Positions 8,619 through 18,474 of a stretch of 38,023 nt of DNA are shown here, piece after piece. Origin of the DNA: a virus (Duplodnaviria > Caudoviricetes). Under the pieces are notes generated by a model, which saw only the letters and a program-made list of their open reading frames with translations, was not told the origin of the DNA and made no database searches. A program made the position numbers and the translations under genes. The stretch lies in the IMG/VR virus record IMGVR_UViG_3300010218_000024, positions 1-38,023 of that record; one strand, given 5' to 3'. The first letter of the stretch is position 1; each line of letters begins with the position of its first letter.

Positions 8619-9109
8619 CAGAAGTCCAGCACGTTGGTGTCGACCAGGGCGAAGGTCGCCAGGCGCTGCAGCAGCGCGTTGGAGCCCGCGCCATAGGTGT
8701 TGTATACGTCGAGCATCCCGGCGGCGTCGGCAGTTGTCATCTCGTAGACCTTGTTCTCGGCCTCGACGACGAAAGACACCACGATGGCGGTGCCGCCCGT
8801 GCGCGCGGCCGAGTACGAACCGGGCATGATGTTCACGGCGTGCAGATCGGGGCCGAAGCCGGAGTCGAGCCGCATGTCGAAGGTGATCGCGCCCTTCTTG
8901 ATGATGTGGTGGTAAAAGGCCGTCCACACCGAGAACTTGAGCGAATCCAGGATCAGCGTCACCTGGTAGCGCTGCGGCCCGCGGTCCCAGTCCAGGCCGA
9001 AGCGCGCGGCGCCGCCGGCGACCTCGGTGCGCAGCACGCCGCCCGGATCATCCACCGAGTATGTGGAAACGGTCGGCGTGAAACCGTTCGGCATCACTGG
9101 ATTCGTCAT
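8618..9109 (-). CDS. Distal tail protein (gpM-position)
   Basis: GVLRTEVAGGAARF motif, immediately after tape measure. Confidence 0.7.
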   Translation of the reverse strand: MTNPVMPNGFTPTVSTYSVDDPGGVLRTEVAGGAARFGLDWDRGPQRYQVTLILDSLKFSVWTAFYHHIIKKGAITFDMRLDSGFGPDLHAVNIMPGSYSAARTGGTAIVVSFVVEAENKVYEMTTADAAGMLDVYNTYGAGSNALLQRLATFALVDTNVLDF

Positions 9110-11673
9110 GAGCGGGACCTCGGCACGGAATAGTTACGGTTCATTGCGCGCGACGTGCGGCTATTCGGGTCGGCCAGCGAAGATGCAGTAGCGTTCACGG
9201 CCTCCTCGATGATGAGCGCACGCTCCGTGGCCGAGATCCGGTGCTCGGTGACGTTGCCGATCGGCGCCCGCGTGTTGTTCACGATAGTCAGCTTCATGTC
9301 CCCGCCCCTACCACCGATTTTGTCGTTCGGGATAATCGTCCCGTGCGTAGGCGGCCGGAAGATCTCAGGCCCTTTTTCGCCAACCAGGAACGCGCCGCCA
9401 TCCCACACTGGACCACCTTTCGCACGCTTGCCAGCGATGGCGGTACCGGCGACGATACCTGCCGCGGCATAGCCCAGCCCCCGCGTGATCGCAGCATAAG
9501 TGGCACCGCTCGCGATGCCCGCTGCCAGGATCGCCGGCCCTGCCGGGCCTGACACTGCTGCAGTGGCGCCTGCCGCAGCGATCATGCCCGCCTGAGCTGC
9601 CGCGGCCGCCACCTCGGTATTCACGATGATCGTCGCGACCTGGATTGCCTTCTGGGCATAAAACATCGCCTTACCCAGCGCTGTCTGCTCCAGACCTGCA
9701 GCCTGAAGCGCGTCATACAACTGGCCAGCCGATGACTCGGCGATACCGAGGATGTTTTGCGCAGCCGAGAGCTGCATGTTCGCCATCGTCTCGTTGTGCC
9801 GCCGGTTTTCCACTTCGATTAGACGGTTGCCTTCGATGGTGTTTTCAAGGGAGCGGTCCTGGAAGGACTTCAGATCCTTCAGCCGGTTCTCGTGCAGCTG
9901 TCGCTCGGCCTCGGCCGGCGTCTGCAGCTGCTGCGCGACCTGGTTCCCGATGCCCTGTGTTTGCAGCTTGTTGACGCGCTCGGCATGGTCGGCAGCGTCC
10001 TTGCGATACTGCACGATCGACTCCTCGGTGATCGTGCCCTTTTCTTTGGCCTGCCGGATCTTCTCCTCGATATCGAGCTCGAGGCGACGCGCCTCGGTCA
10101 GCTTCGCGACCTCAAGCGCTGACTTCCCATAGAGCTCGTTATTGAACTTGAGTTGGTCCTCCGCTTGGCCCTGCTCACGATTCCAGTCGCGCATGGTCTT
10201 GTTGAGACCGGACTGGGCGGCGCCCATGCTCAGCGTCTGTATTTCCAGCGCCCGCGACGCGTCGGTCCGTGCCTTGTCGCGCAGCGCGACCTTTTCGTTG
10301 ATCTGGTTCGCCAGCCCGGCCCTCTCGGACTCCTTACTAACTGCTGCCTTCGCCTTCTGCAACGCGGCGATCTCGGTGTCGTATGCACGCACAGCGGCGT
10401 CCCGCGCCTGCTCGATCGCGGCGATCTTGTATTGTGCATACGTCTGCACATCAACGATTTCCTGATTGCGGAGCTCCTGCATGAACTGGTCCTGGAACGC
10501 CGCCGTGTCGCGCTCCTTCGCGTAGGCCGCCTCGATCGCCTTGATCCGACCGTCCAGCAGCGTCTTCGTCGGGTCGTCACCACTGCCACGGATCTTGGGC
10601 GCACGCGGCTTCGGCTTGGTGGTGTCGGCGTCTTCGGCCGGCTTTTCCGCCGGCTTGGGCGTCCGGTCCAACACCTTCTTGATGAATTCGTCGTGCTCCT
10701 TGCGCGCCTTCTCGGCGTCGGCCTTCATGGCCTCGCTGATCACATTGAAGCCTTTGAAGTCGGCGTGCGCGAGCGCGGCCAATTGCGCGGCGATGCCGCC
10801 GATCTCCGTGCCGACAGCTTTGAAGGTGAAGCCCACCTCGGAGCCGACGACGACGAACGTCTCGAGGACGGTACGGACCACCTCGCCCGCCAGGGAGAAC
10901 TTGTCCGAATTTTCGGCAGCGGCCAGCATCTCGTCGGCGACGGTCTGCAGGACCGGCAACACGGCAGATGCCATCGAGTTGTAGAAGCCTTTTTGTTGGA
11001 TGGTCAGCTTACCCATCGTATCGTTGAAGTTGTCCGCCGCGTTAGCCAGATCCTCCGTCGCCCCGCTGTATTGTTTCGCGTATTCGATGTTCTCGCGGAG
11101 CGCTTTGCCACCATCGTTCAGCAGCGGGATCATGTCGGCACCCGCATCCTCGAAGATGCGCAGCGCGATTGCGGTTTTCTCTGGCCCGTCCGCGTACTGG
11201 CTGAACTTGTCTGCCAGATCGGCCATTAGGACATCGGCCGTCTTGAGCTGGCCGGAAGCGTCCTTGACGGTGATGCCGAGCTTGGCGAACGGCTCCATCA
11301 AATCGCGATTCCCGCGCGACGCTTCAGCGACGGTCTTGTTCAGCTTGGTGGCGCCGGCCGCGATGCTCTCCAGGCTGCCGCCAGCCTGGCCTGCAGCGAA
11401 CCCGAGCCCATTCAACGTCTCGACCGCGACACCCGTCTTCTGCGACATGTCGCGCAGCTCGTCGGCAGCATCGATCGTGCCCTTGATCAGCTCAGCAAAA
11501 GCGCCGATGGTCAGGCCGACGCCCAACGCCTCAAGTGCGGTCTTCCCCAGCTCGACGGCGCCCTCAATGCGCCTCATCGCCTTCTCGGTGTCTTCGCTGG
11601 ACTTTTTCATATCGCCAACGAACTTTGAGACGTTCGCTTCCAGCGTAACGATGAGGGAGCCGAGATTTGCCAT
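9106..11673 (-). CDS. Tail tape measure protein
   Basis: MANLGSLIVTLEAN start, long Ala-rich helical protein, C-terminal RAKGGPV...LVGEKGPEIF motif. Confidence 0.93.
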   Translation of the reverse strand: MANLGSLIVTLEANVSKFVGDMKKSSEDTEKAMRRIEGAVELGKTALEALGVGLTIGAFAELIKGTIDAADELRDMSQKTGVAVETLNGLGFAAGQAGGSLESIAAGATKLNKTVAEASRGNRDLMEPFAKLGITVKDASGQLKTADVLMADLADKFSQYADGPEKTAIALRIFEDAGADMIPLLNDGGKALRENIEYAKQYSGATEDLANAADNFNDTMGKLTIQQKGFYNSMASAVLPVLQTVADEMLAAAENSDKFSLAGEVVRTVLETFVVVGSEVGFTFKAVGTEIGGIAAQLAALAHADFKGFNVISEAMKADAEKARKEHDEFIKKVLDRTPKPAEKPAEDADTTKPKPRAPKIRGSGDDPTKTLLDGRIKAIEAAYAKERDTAAFQDQFMQELRNQEIVDVQTYAQYKIAAIEQARDAAVRAYDTEIAALQKAKAAVSKESERAGLANQINEKVALRDKARTDASRALEIQTLSMGAAQSGLNKTMRDWNREQGQAEDQLKFNNELYGKSALEVAKLTEARRLELDIEEKIRQAKEKGTITEESIVQYRKDAADHAERVNKLQTQGIGNQVAQQLQTPAEAERQLHENRLKDLKSFQDRSLENTIEGNRLIEVENRRHNETMANMQLSAAQNILGIAESSAGQLYDALQAAGLEQTALGKAMFYAQKAIQVATIIVNTEVAAAAAQAGMIAAAGATAAVSGPAGPAILAAGIASGATYAAITRGLGYAAAGIVAGTAIAGKRAKGGPVWDGGAFLVGEKGPEIFRPPTHGTIIPNDKIGGRGGDMKLTIVNNTRAPIGNVTEHRISATERALIIEEAVNATASSLADPNSRTSRAMNRNYSVPRSRS

Positions 11674-11683
11674 TCTGTCTTCC

Positions 11684-11715
11684 AAAAAAAAGAGCCCGCC
11701 AGCAGCGAGCTCTCT
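11684..11715 (-). terminator. Intrinsic terminator after the lipoprotein moron
   Basis: AGAGCTCGC-loop-GCGGGCTCT followed by a T-run on the minus strand. Confidence 0.7.
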
Positions 11716-11757
11716 GTTGTTCATGACGGCACGCGTCCTGCGCGCAACGTTTTGCTA

Positions 11758-12102
11758 CTACGGTTGACCACCTGCTGCGGTCGCGCTGTTGAGGTTCATG
11801 TCAGACGTGGTGTACGACACCAGCTTCCTGCTTTTATCGAAGTTCAGCACTACCGAATTGGCCTTCATATCCCCGTTGGCAGCGAAGGCCTTGTATTGCG
11901 CGAACGAGTAAACGAGCACCCGCTCACCTTCAGATGTCGCGCTCGACATGGTCGGCGCCCCGAGTGCCCTGATGACATCCTCGTCGGTCGTAACGCCCCT
12001 CTGGAAACTCGACAGCTGTGACTGCTGAATCTGTACGCCACTTGTTGTCGTGCAGCCAACAGCTGCCATCGCTAGAACGCACGCAAGAATCGCTGCCTTC
12101 AT
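11758..12102 (-). CDS. Small lipoprotein, SmpA/BamE-like fold (moron)
   Basis: MKAAILACVLAMAAVGC lipoprotein signal; GVTTDEDVIRALGAP motif; GGAGG RBS. Confidence 0.75.
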   Translation of the reverse strand: MKAAILACVLAMAAVGCTTTSGVQIQQSQLSSFQRGVTTDEDVIRALGAPTMSSATSEGERVLVYSFAQYKAFAANGDMKANSVVLNFDKSRKLVSYTTSDMNLNSATAAGGQP

Positions 12103-12144
12103 CACCCCTCCCTTAAATGTTGACGGGAGGAATGATGCCACAAA

Positions 12145-12507
12145 CTATTTCGGAGGCAGCCCAAACAGCGCCGCACGCAGCAGGTTCGACTGAGCCACAG
12201 GGTCATCCAGCAGGACTGGTGTCGCGTCGTCCGCTATCTGATCCTCGCGGCGCCAGAAGATGAAGTCCTCGGCTGTGTACTGCTCCGGCCGGGACTTGCT
12301 GTCGCGGTTAATGTTCGCCAGGAGCGCCGCCGCCGTCCCATGCCGCAGGTCGGCGATGATGTCGCCGAACGGTTCGAGTTCGTAGAACGCCATCCACTCG
12401 GTGAACTCGGTCGAACTGATCTGCAGCTGCGCCTGGCGGACGCTCATGCCCAGCTCTTTCGCTAGGCGGAACCAGAATCTCCGCTCTGGCCGCTCGCGGA
12501 GTTTTTT
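12145..12507 (-). CDS. Tail assembly chaperone gpT portion, reached by -1 frameshift from gpG
   Basis: The -1 frame after A AAA AAC reads LRERPERRFWFRLAKELGMSVRQ...EFTEWMAFYELEPFG. Confidence 0.85.
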   Translation of the reverse strand, partial: KKLRERPERRFWFRLAKELGMSVRQAQLQISSTEFTEWMAFYELEPFGDIIADLRHGTAAALLANINRDSKSRPEQYTAEDFIFWRREDQIADDATPVLLDDPVAQSNLLRAALFGLPPK

Positions 12508-12848
12508 GCGGCGTCCTCGACCGCGGTCGCACCGAGGCCGTTCAGGCGCATGGCGACGGCCGCAGGCGCGTCCAGCGAGGCGGCGCTCTTGGCCTGCAGG
12601 GCTTCGACGTCCTCCATCGTGAACAGGCGGGCGCCGCTTTCGTCAATGCACGTGGCGGCGAGCAGAGCCGCCGAGAACTTGCCGACAGGGACCGTGTCGC
12701 CTGCAGCGGCAAGCGCCGCGCGGAACTCGTCGCGCTCGATGCCGTTCATGACGCGCACGCGCACGGTCCCGCCCCACTGAGGTACAGGGACGTCCTCGTG
12801 CTTCAGGTCTGCGGCGCCGAGGATTGCCGATTTCGAGAGCAGGCCCAT
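12462..12848 (-). CDS. Tail assembly chaperone gpG
   Basis: VPVPQWGGTVRVR motif; between tail tube and tape measure; slippery heptamer near the 3' end. Confidence 0.85.
   Translation of the reverse strand: MGLLSKSAILGAADLKHEDVPVPQWGGTVRVRVMNGIERDEFRAALAAAGDTVPVGKFSAALLAATCIDESGARLFTMEDVEALQAKSAASLDAPAAVAMRLNGLGATAVEDAAKNSASGQSGDSGSA
12501..12507 (-). other. Programmed -1 ribosomal frameshift site A AAA AAC
   Basis: X XXY YYZ heptamer in the correct phase (GCA AAA AAC) linking gpG to the gpT frame. Confidence 0.85.
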
Positions 12849-12850
12849 GA

Positions 12851-13483
12851 TCAGCTCCACACGACCGGGCCGCTGATCTTGGTGTCGACCTTACCCTTGA
12901 GCAGCGCATTCACGGCGCCCGAGCTGGGGATCGACTTGACCAGCGTGCTGAAAGTCGCCACGCTACCGTCCGGCAACGTCAGCTTCATGCCGACCACAGC
13001 GCCGCTGGTGCGCGCGGCGCGTAGGGCGATCTGTCCGTTGTCGGCCGCCAGCACCTTGATCTCGAAGCCAAACTTGCCTTCGTCGCGCAGGCCGCTGATG
13101 TATTCCATCGCCTGGCTGTCCAGGTCCGTCGAGTCGATGTCGGACGCTGCACCATCGAAGCCATCGAACGACAGCAGGCCGTTGATCTTGGTGTACTGCG
13201 ACGGCGTGGCGGTACCGCCCGCCGCGTAGACGAGGCCGGTCGTGTTGACGTCGAGGAGTGCGAAGGTGTCAGCCGTCGCGTTCGCGACGACGTGCGATTT
13301 GCCGTTCAGGGCCGCCATTGTGCCGCCGATATCAGCGAGGGCGACCACAGTCCCGTTGGTGAAGCCGTGGCCCACACTTTCGACGATCGCGGGGAAGCCC
13401 ACGGAAATGTCCGTGATGTTCTTCGCGGCGCCATCGCCGGTCGCGATATGCAGGGTACTGCCTTGTGCAGAAATTCCGGACAT
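12851..13483 (-). CDS. Major tail tube protein
   Basis: SAQGSTLHI start, DIDSTDLDS...YISGLRDEG motif; GGAGG RBS. Confidence 0.88.
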   Translation of the reverse strand: MSGISAQGSTLHIATGDGAAKNITDISVGFPAIVESVGHGFTNGTVVALADIGGTMAALNGKSHVVANATADTFALLDVNTTGLVYAAGGTATPSQYTKINGLLSFDGFDGAASDIDSTDLDSQAMEYISGLRDEGKFGFEIKVLAADNGQIALRAARTSGAVVGMKLTLPDGSVATFSTLVKSIPSSGAVNALLKGKVDTKISGPVVWS

Positions 13484-13539
13484 GTAAATCCTCCAAAAGT
13501 TAAAACCGCTTGTGCGGTATAAGGTGATGCCGCAGAGAC

Positions 13540-13956
13540 TCAGGCGCCGAGGCTGAGCCTGGACGTGCAGTAGTGGACCTTGTAGCGGGTAGTGACCATG
13601 CAGGCGTTACCGTCGGCGCCGGCGAACACTGGTGCATTCGTGCCCACCTCCTCGACCAGGTAAAGCCCCGGTGCGCTGAACTGCATGATGGCGGGGTGCG
13701 CAATCTCCATGACCTCGTCAGCCTCCTGGTCGGGGGCGTCGCCGCGCGAGACGACGCTGATCAGGATCTCGCAGTGCCGTTCTGTATCGTCACCCAGGCT
13801 GTTCTCGATGTCCTCCGCGCCGCGGTGGACAATCAGCGCCGGGCTGTCTTCACGACTGAACGCCACGGACATCGAGCGGTGCACGCCGGCCGGGAACGAC
13901 GGGATGGCCGCCAGAAGATCGATCAGCCCTTGGATGTAGCTTTCGCGCAGCGTCAT
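13540..13956 (-). CDS. Tail terminator protein (gpU-like)
   Basis: Size, PALIV motif and position upstream of the tail tube gene. Confidence 0.7.
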   Translation of the reverse strand: MTLRESYIQGLIDLLAAIPSFPAGVHRSMSVAFSREDSPALIVHRGAEDIENSLGDDTERHCEILISVVSRGDAPDQEADEVMEIAHPAIMQFSAPGLYLVEEVGTNAPVFAGADGNACMVTTRYKVHYCTSRLSLGA

Positions 13957-13958
13957 CG

Positions 13959-14261
13959 CTACACCTCTTCGAGCGAAGCAACATAGAACGTGCCGTCGCC
14001 CTTCGCCGCAGGCGTCTGGCGAACCTTGTAGTCGACGCCATCGATCCGCAGCACGTAGCCGCGTTGCAGCTCGATGTCGGCGGCCCGGTACTCGATGCTG
14101 TAGTCGGTCGTATGCACCATCCCGTCGAGCACCACCTGGTCAGGCCGAGAAAAGCCGACGTCGAACGACACTGCCACGCCATTCAGCGGCTGGTAGACCG
14201 CCACGTCCAACATGCCGGCATCCTTGAAGGCCGGCCAGAATACGGAAGCATCGAAGACCAT
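13959..14261 (-). CDS. Head-tail joining protein (gpFII-like)
   Basis: 100 aa beta-rich, LRIDGVDYKVR...DG motif; synteny. Confidence 0.7.
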   Translation of the reverse strand: MVFDASVFWPAFKDAGMLDVAVYQPLNGVAVSFDVGFSRPDQVVLDGMVHTTDYSIEYRAADIELQRGYVLRIDGVDYKVRQTPAAKGDGTFYVASLEEV

Positions 14262-14269
14262 GGGATGGC

Positions 14270-14602
14270 TTAGGCGATGACTGCGTCGATCTTGATCGTC
14301 GCCGTGGCCGCGCCGTTGGCCTTGGCCACGATCGCAACGCCGACGCGGGTGTTGCCGGCGGCCGTGGTGGTCAGGCGGCTGTTCGCGGCATCCCAGTACA
14401 GGATCGCGCCCTGGGCGGCGACATCGGTTCCGAGTGCGGGCAGCTCGAAGACGCCTTCGGTCGCTGCCTCGCCCGTGTCGCCCGCAGCGACATCCGCCAC
14501 GGCGACGCCGAAGATTTTACCGACCAATACCGCTTGGCCGGCCACCGCGCCGGCGGCGAACAACAGCGTCAGCGTGCTGCCCTTCTGGATAAAGTTTTTC
14601 AT
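14270..14602 (-). CDS. Capsid cement/decoration protein (DUF2190-like)
   Basis: MKNFIQKG start, GVAVAD, EGVFELP and YWD motifs; follows capsid gene. Confidence 0.85.
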   Translation of the reverse strand: MKNFIQKGSTLTLLFAAGAVAGQAVLVGKIFGVAVADVAAGDTGEAATEGVFELPALGTDVAAQGAILYWDAANSRLTTTAAGNTRVGVAIVAKANGAATATIKIDAVIA

Positions 14603-14629
14603 ATGGTTCCTATGGGATTGGAGACTTCG

Positions 14630-14660
14630 GAGAAGCGAAACGGCCAGCATCAGCTGGCCG
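14630..14660 (-). terminator. Hairpin / terminator after the capsid gene
   Basis: CGGCCAGC-N4-GCTGGCCG perfect stem, short T-rich tail. Confidence 0.5.
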
Positions 14661-14680
14661 CCCTTGCGAACGAACCGAGC

Positions 14681-16729
14681 TTACGCGCCGGCGTTCTTGT
14701 ACATGCCGCGCCAGTCGATCGCCTTGGCGCCGAACACGTGGCGGGCCTTGATCTGCAGGCCGTCGACCTCGAAGCCCTGGCGGGTCTCCGTGAACAGGCC
14801 CTGCTCGCCTTCCAGGTACGCGTACTCGATCGTGTCGACCAGCGCCGGGGTAGCCGACAGGTGCCACTCCTTGCCCGGGATGCGCGGATCGACCACGACC
14901 TCCAGGCTGGTGTTGTAGTTCGGATTGATGTCGCCGGCCTTGGCTGCGACGAACGACGCCGACGTGTACTTGTTCGCCGCGCCCTCATTGTCCGGACCAA
15001 CGATCAGGAACGACGGTGTCAGGTTCAGCACACGGCCCTTGAGACCGATCTGCTTACGCATCGCGGCGCGGCCGTCGCCGAGGGTCACGTCGGTGATGGC
15101 GCCGGCAACAACGGCCAAGTTGCCGTGGTCGGCATGGAACAGGGCCGTGCCGTCCGACATGGCCGCGGCGCCCGTCAGGATGCCGTAGACGATGTCGCCT
15201 TCGATTGCCGCCGCTTCCGCCGCCAGCGCCAGGGGAATGCGGTCGAACGCGCCCAGGTCGTCGTTGATGATCGTTTCCCAGGTCAGCGCCACGATGCCGC
15301 CCCACTTGCCCAGTGAGTACTTCTCGGCCGAGTCGCCGAAGGTGATCATCTTGTATTCGCCGCCTTCCTTGATCTGCTTGAACGCAGCCGATTCGGACAG
15401 CTGGGTGCGCGCCACTTCGCGGAAGTCCGGCGCGGTGGACTCGCGCGCCCAGCCGGTGAAGGTTCGCGGCTGGATGCCGTAGGCGGCACGCAGCGTACGG
15501 TTCACGGTGCCGGCCAGGATTTGCGGGAAATCGCTGGTGGAGCTCATGCCCGCGCGACCCATCATGTCGCGGTCCAGGTTCAGCGCCATCACCGCGATCT
15601 CGCGGCGCGACAGGCTGCGCGCGCTGCCGCCGGCCGTTTCGATCGATTCGCGCGCCATGTCCATCAGGGTCATGCCGCGATACTGGCGCGCGGCGTCCAT
15701 GCGCTTGGCGTCGCTGCGGAAGGCCGCATTCGGGTTCGCGCGCAGCACGATGGCGTCGCCGATCGCGGCGCGGCGCATTTCGGTCTCGTCGCTGATGGTC
15801 CGGATATCGGCCGAGCTGCGGGTCGGTGCGGCCGCGTCGCGCTTCGCCTTTTCGCGCAGCACCGCCATGCCGGCATCGGCTGCCGACATGTCGCGCTGGC
15901 CGATCAGCTGCTGGGCGTACGCCTCGTCCAGGCCGCCGAGGCGGACCGCCTCGCGAATGCCGGCCTGGCGTTCCGCTTCCTGCGTGGCGCCCTCGGCGCG
16001 TGCCGCGTCGAGTTGAGCCTGGGTTGGCGCCGTGGTCGGCGCCGCCGTCGTGTCTTGTACACCCATGGAGGGTTCCTTTCTGGTTTGGTTACCGGCGGCT
16101 GCCGGCGGTTGAACTGCTGGGGTGCTACGGGTATTGAACTTGCAGGGCGCCATGCGCACGTCCGGGCCCGGTTTGGTGTTCGGCTGGTTCGGATCGTCGC
16201 TACGCGTGCCGCAGTCCGCATCGGCGCCAATCGGGCAAAGCGAGATCTCGCTAGGCTCCCAGTCGATGGCACGGTAGATCCAGGGCTGGCCATCGGCGGA
16301 TGGCGGAATACGGTCGTACTCAAAAACGGTGTAGCCGACCGAGACGTTGCAGATGATCTTGTCGAGCACGTCCTGGTAGTACGGCTGGACATCCTCGCGC
16401 TTCGAGAACTCGACCGTGGCAACGCCTTGCGCCGCCTCCAGCGACGCGGACCGGACCACGCCGAACACCGAGCTCAGATCCCAGCGAGAGTGGGTATTGA
16501 GCAAAGGGGCCTGGCCCGACTGCAGGCGTCCCATGCGGACGTGCTTGGGATCGAGGCTCAGCTCCTCGACGTAGTAACGATCGTTGTACCAGTCGTAGCG
16601 CCGCACGCCCGCGCCGGTGGTCCACACCAGGTCGACCGTGCGCGTATCGGCGTTGACCGTCGTGATCGGGGCCGTGCGAGCCTGCATGGGCATCTGCAGG
16701 ACTTCGCCAGGGATGTCTTTTGGATTCAT
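14681..16729 (-). CDS. Prohead protease / major capsid protein fusion
   Basis: N-terminal LLNTH, NVSVGY and WEPSEISLCPIGAD protease motifs; C-terminal STSDFP and AIDWRG capsid motifs. Confidence 0.92.
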   Translation of the reverse strand: MNPKDIPGEVLQMPMQARTAPITTVNADTRTVDLVWTTGAGVRRYDWYNDRYYVEELSLDPKHVRMGRLQSGQAPLLNTHSRWDLSSVFGVVRSASLEAAQGVATVEFSKREDVQPYYQDVLDKIICNVSVGYTVFEYDRIPPSADGQPWIYRAIDWEPSEISLCPIGADADCGTRSDDPNQPNTKPGPDVRMAPCKFNTRSTPAVQPPAAAGNQTRKEPSMGVQDTTAAPTTAPTQAQLDAARAEGATQEAERQAGIREAVRLGGLDEAYAQQLIGQRDMSAADAGMAVLREKAKRDAAAPTRSSADIRTISDETEMRRAAIGDAIVLRANPNAAFRSDAKRMDAARQYRGMTLMDMARESIETAGGSARSLSRREIAVMALNLDRDMMGRAGMSSTSDFPQILAGTVNRTLRAAYGIQPRTFTGWARESTAPDFREVARTQLSESAAFKQIKEGGEYKMITFGDSAEKYSLGKWGGIVALTWETIINDDLGAFDRIPLALAAEAAAIEGDIVYGILTGAAAMSDGTALFHADHGNLAVVAGAITDVTLGDGRAAMRKQIGLKGRVLNLTPSFLIVGPDNEGAANKYTSASFVAAKAGDINPNYNTSLEVVVDPRIPGKEWHLSATPALVDTIEYAYLEGEQGLFTETRQGFEVDGLQIKARHVFGAKAIDWRGMYKNAGA

Positions 16730-16739
16730 GTGTCGCCTT

Positions 16740-16774
16740 AAAAAAATGCCCCGCTCGGCGCGTGCCGGCGGGGC
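16740..16774 (-). terminator. Terminator-like hairpin between portal and capsid genes
   Basis: GCCCCGC/GCGGGGC stem followed by ATTTTTTT on the minus strand. Confidence 0.55.
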
Positions 16775-16797
16775 GGGTATCAGGAAGGGGTACGGCT

Positions 16798-18249
16798 CTA
16801 CTCCTGGCCAATCATTTGCGCCGCGGTTCCGGCGTCGATCAGGCGCTGCGAGACCGCCGCATCGGAGTCGGTCAGGATGTCCAGGTCCTTGAGCTTCTTG
16901 CGCTCGGCGGCGATCTCGGCGAAGACCGTGTCGGGATCCTCGCCCATTTCGCGGATGGTCTCCGAAATGCTCTTCACCGTGCCGCGGTGCGCCTCTTTCG
17001 CCGCCATCACATCCTTCAACGGATCGACCCACTGCAGCTTCGGCATGGTCCATTTCATCGCCGTCACCGGCTTGCGCGTCTTGCCTGCCAGCCGCGCCAC
17101 TTCCTGGAAGCGGCGCCCGATCGGCGCCAGCACCATCGGCTTCAAGGCCAGCCACTGTTCGGCCTTGATCATCTGACGGAACTCCACCAGGCCTGCCCGG
17201 TAACTGCTGAAGTTGAAGTTCGACAGGTTGCCCGTCATCTGCGAATACATGACCTGGGCGCCGGCCGCGATCGCGTGCAGCTGCGTCTCCGTGTAGTCGC
17301 CATAGCCGCCGCCCGATGCCGGATTACCGAATTCGACACCTTCCGAGTTCGAGACGTACTTGATCATTCCGGGCGCGACCTTCTCGTTCACCGCACGCGA
17401 GGTTTGCTTCACCTCGCTCCCCAGCCGCATCGACGTGTCGTCGGTGCGTACGAACGCGACAAAGCACGACTCGATCTTCTTGCGCACCAGCTCGGCCTGC
17501 TCGTAATCAGCCAGGTCGCGCAGGCGCAGCAGCGAGACGGCGAGCTCGGGCATGCCGCGCACCTGACTGGGCCTGCGCTTGCGGTAGTAGTGCAGCACCT
17601 CGGACGCCGGCACCCGCTTGCTCTCGAGGCTGGCCAGTTGGTAGCTCGCCATTTCGCCCGGGTGCACGGGGAACAGCCAGTAAGCGACGCGCTGCCCGAT
17701 CAGGTTGAACTCGACGCCGGCGATCGCGTAATTGCCGTTGGGCAGCGGCCCCATCTTCGTCGTATCGATGTGATCGGGCTCGAGCACCTGCAGCTGCAGC
17801 GGGACTTCGTAGCCGTCGTCCGGTAAGCGCGATCGGAAGCGGATGATTACCTCGCCGGCCTCGCGCCGTGTACGGTGCGCCAGGTCGATCAGCCCGTTGA
17901 AGTCCAGCTGGCCGTCGGCGTCGCAGTACTCGCACCAGTCGTCCCACAGCTGCTGGTCCGGCGCCTTGGCCACGATGCCGTCGCCGACGGTGTTCACGCA
18001 CAGCGTCTCGATCGCCTTGGCGGCGTACTCGTTGTTGCGCACCACGTCCCGGCAGCGATTGCGCACGCGGGACAGCGCCGGCGCGATCTCGACGTTCGCG
18101 CTGCCGCCATTGGCGACCCAGCCATCGGTCCGGCGGCCGACCTTCGCGGCGTCGTAGCCGCGCATCAGCTCGAGCGCGCTGCGCGCCTGGGCCCGGCGCA
18201 AGCCAGCCATGGGGTTGATCATCCCGACAAGGTGGTCAATCAGGTTCAT
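16798..18249 (-). CDS. Portal protein, lambda family
   Basis: YDAA, RNN, LQVLEPDHID, QVRGMP, NFSSYRAG and WVDPLKD motifs. Confidence 0.95.
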   Translation of the reverse strand: MNLIDHLVGMINPMAGLRRAQARSALELMRGYDAAKVGRRTDGWVANGGSANVEIAPALSRVRNRCRDVVRNNEYAAKAIETLCVNTVGDGIVAKAPDQQLWDDWCEYCDADGQLDFNGLIDLAHRTRREAGEVIIRFRSRLPDDGYEVPLQLQVLEPDHIDTTKMGPLPNGNYAIAGVEFNLIGQRVAYWLFPVHPGEMASYQLASLESKRVPASEVLHYYRKRRPSQVRGMPELAVSLLRLRDLADYEQAELVRKKIESCFVAFVRTDDTSMRLGSEVKQTSRAVNEKVAPGMIKYVSNSEGVEFGNPASGGGYGDYTETQLHAIAAGAQVMYSQMTGNLSNFNFSSYRAGLVEFRQMIKAEQWLALKPMVLAPIGRRFQEVARLAGKTRKPVTAMKWTMPKLQWVDPLKDVMAAKEAHRGTVKSISETIREMGEDPDTVFAEIAAERKKLKDLDILTDSDAAVSQRLIDAGTAAQMIGQE

Positions 18250-18250
18250 A

Positions 18251-18472
18251 TCAGTCCCGGCTGAAAGTGGTCAGCGCGCCCGGACCGCGGTTGGACAGGG
18301 GTCCCGCGCCGAGCTGGCCGGAAGCGATCAGCTCCGCGCGAACGATGTTCCTGGCCTGGACCAGTTCGCCCACGCTGCGGTAGTCGACACGCTTGCCGTC
18401 GTAGCTGACCGAGGTTTGCCCGGATGCCATCGCTGCTTCGAGTGCGTTGAGTTGAGTGAGTGTGAATGCCAT
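18251..18472 (-). CDS. Head completion protein (gpW-like)
   Basis: LEAAMASG...VSYDGKRVDYRS motif between terminase and portal. Confidence 0.85.
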   Translation of the reverse strand: MAFTLTQLNALEAAMASGQTSVSYDGKRVDYRSVGELVQARNIVRAELIASGQLGAGPLSNRGPGALTTFSRD

Positions 18473-18474
18473 GT

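Noticed and set aside
14681-16729. Protease-capsid fusion as a novelty
   Set aside because: Well-known arrangement in phages with lambda-type portal and DUF2190
16730-17155. N-terminal extension of the capsid ORF in the track, and similar extensions of the endolysin, DUF1833-like and immunity ORFs
   Set aside because: They overlap upstream genes; internal ATGs with RBS or stop-start coupling are better starts
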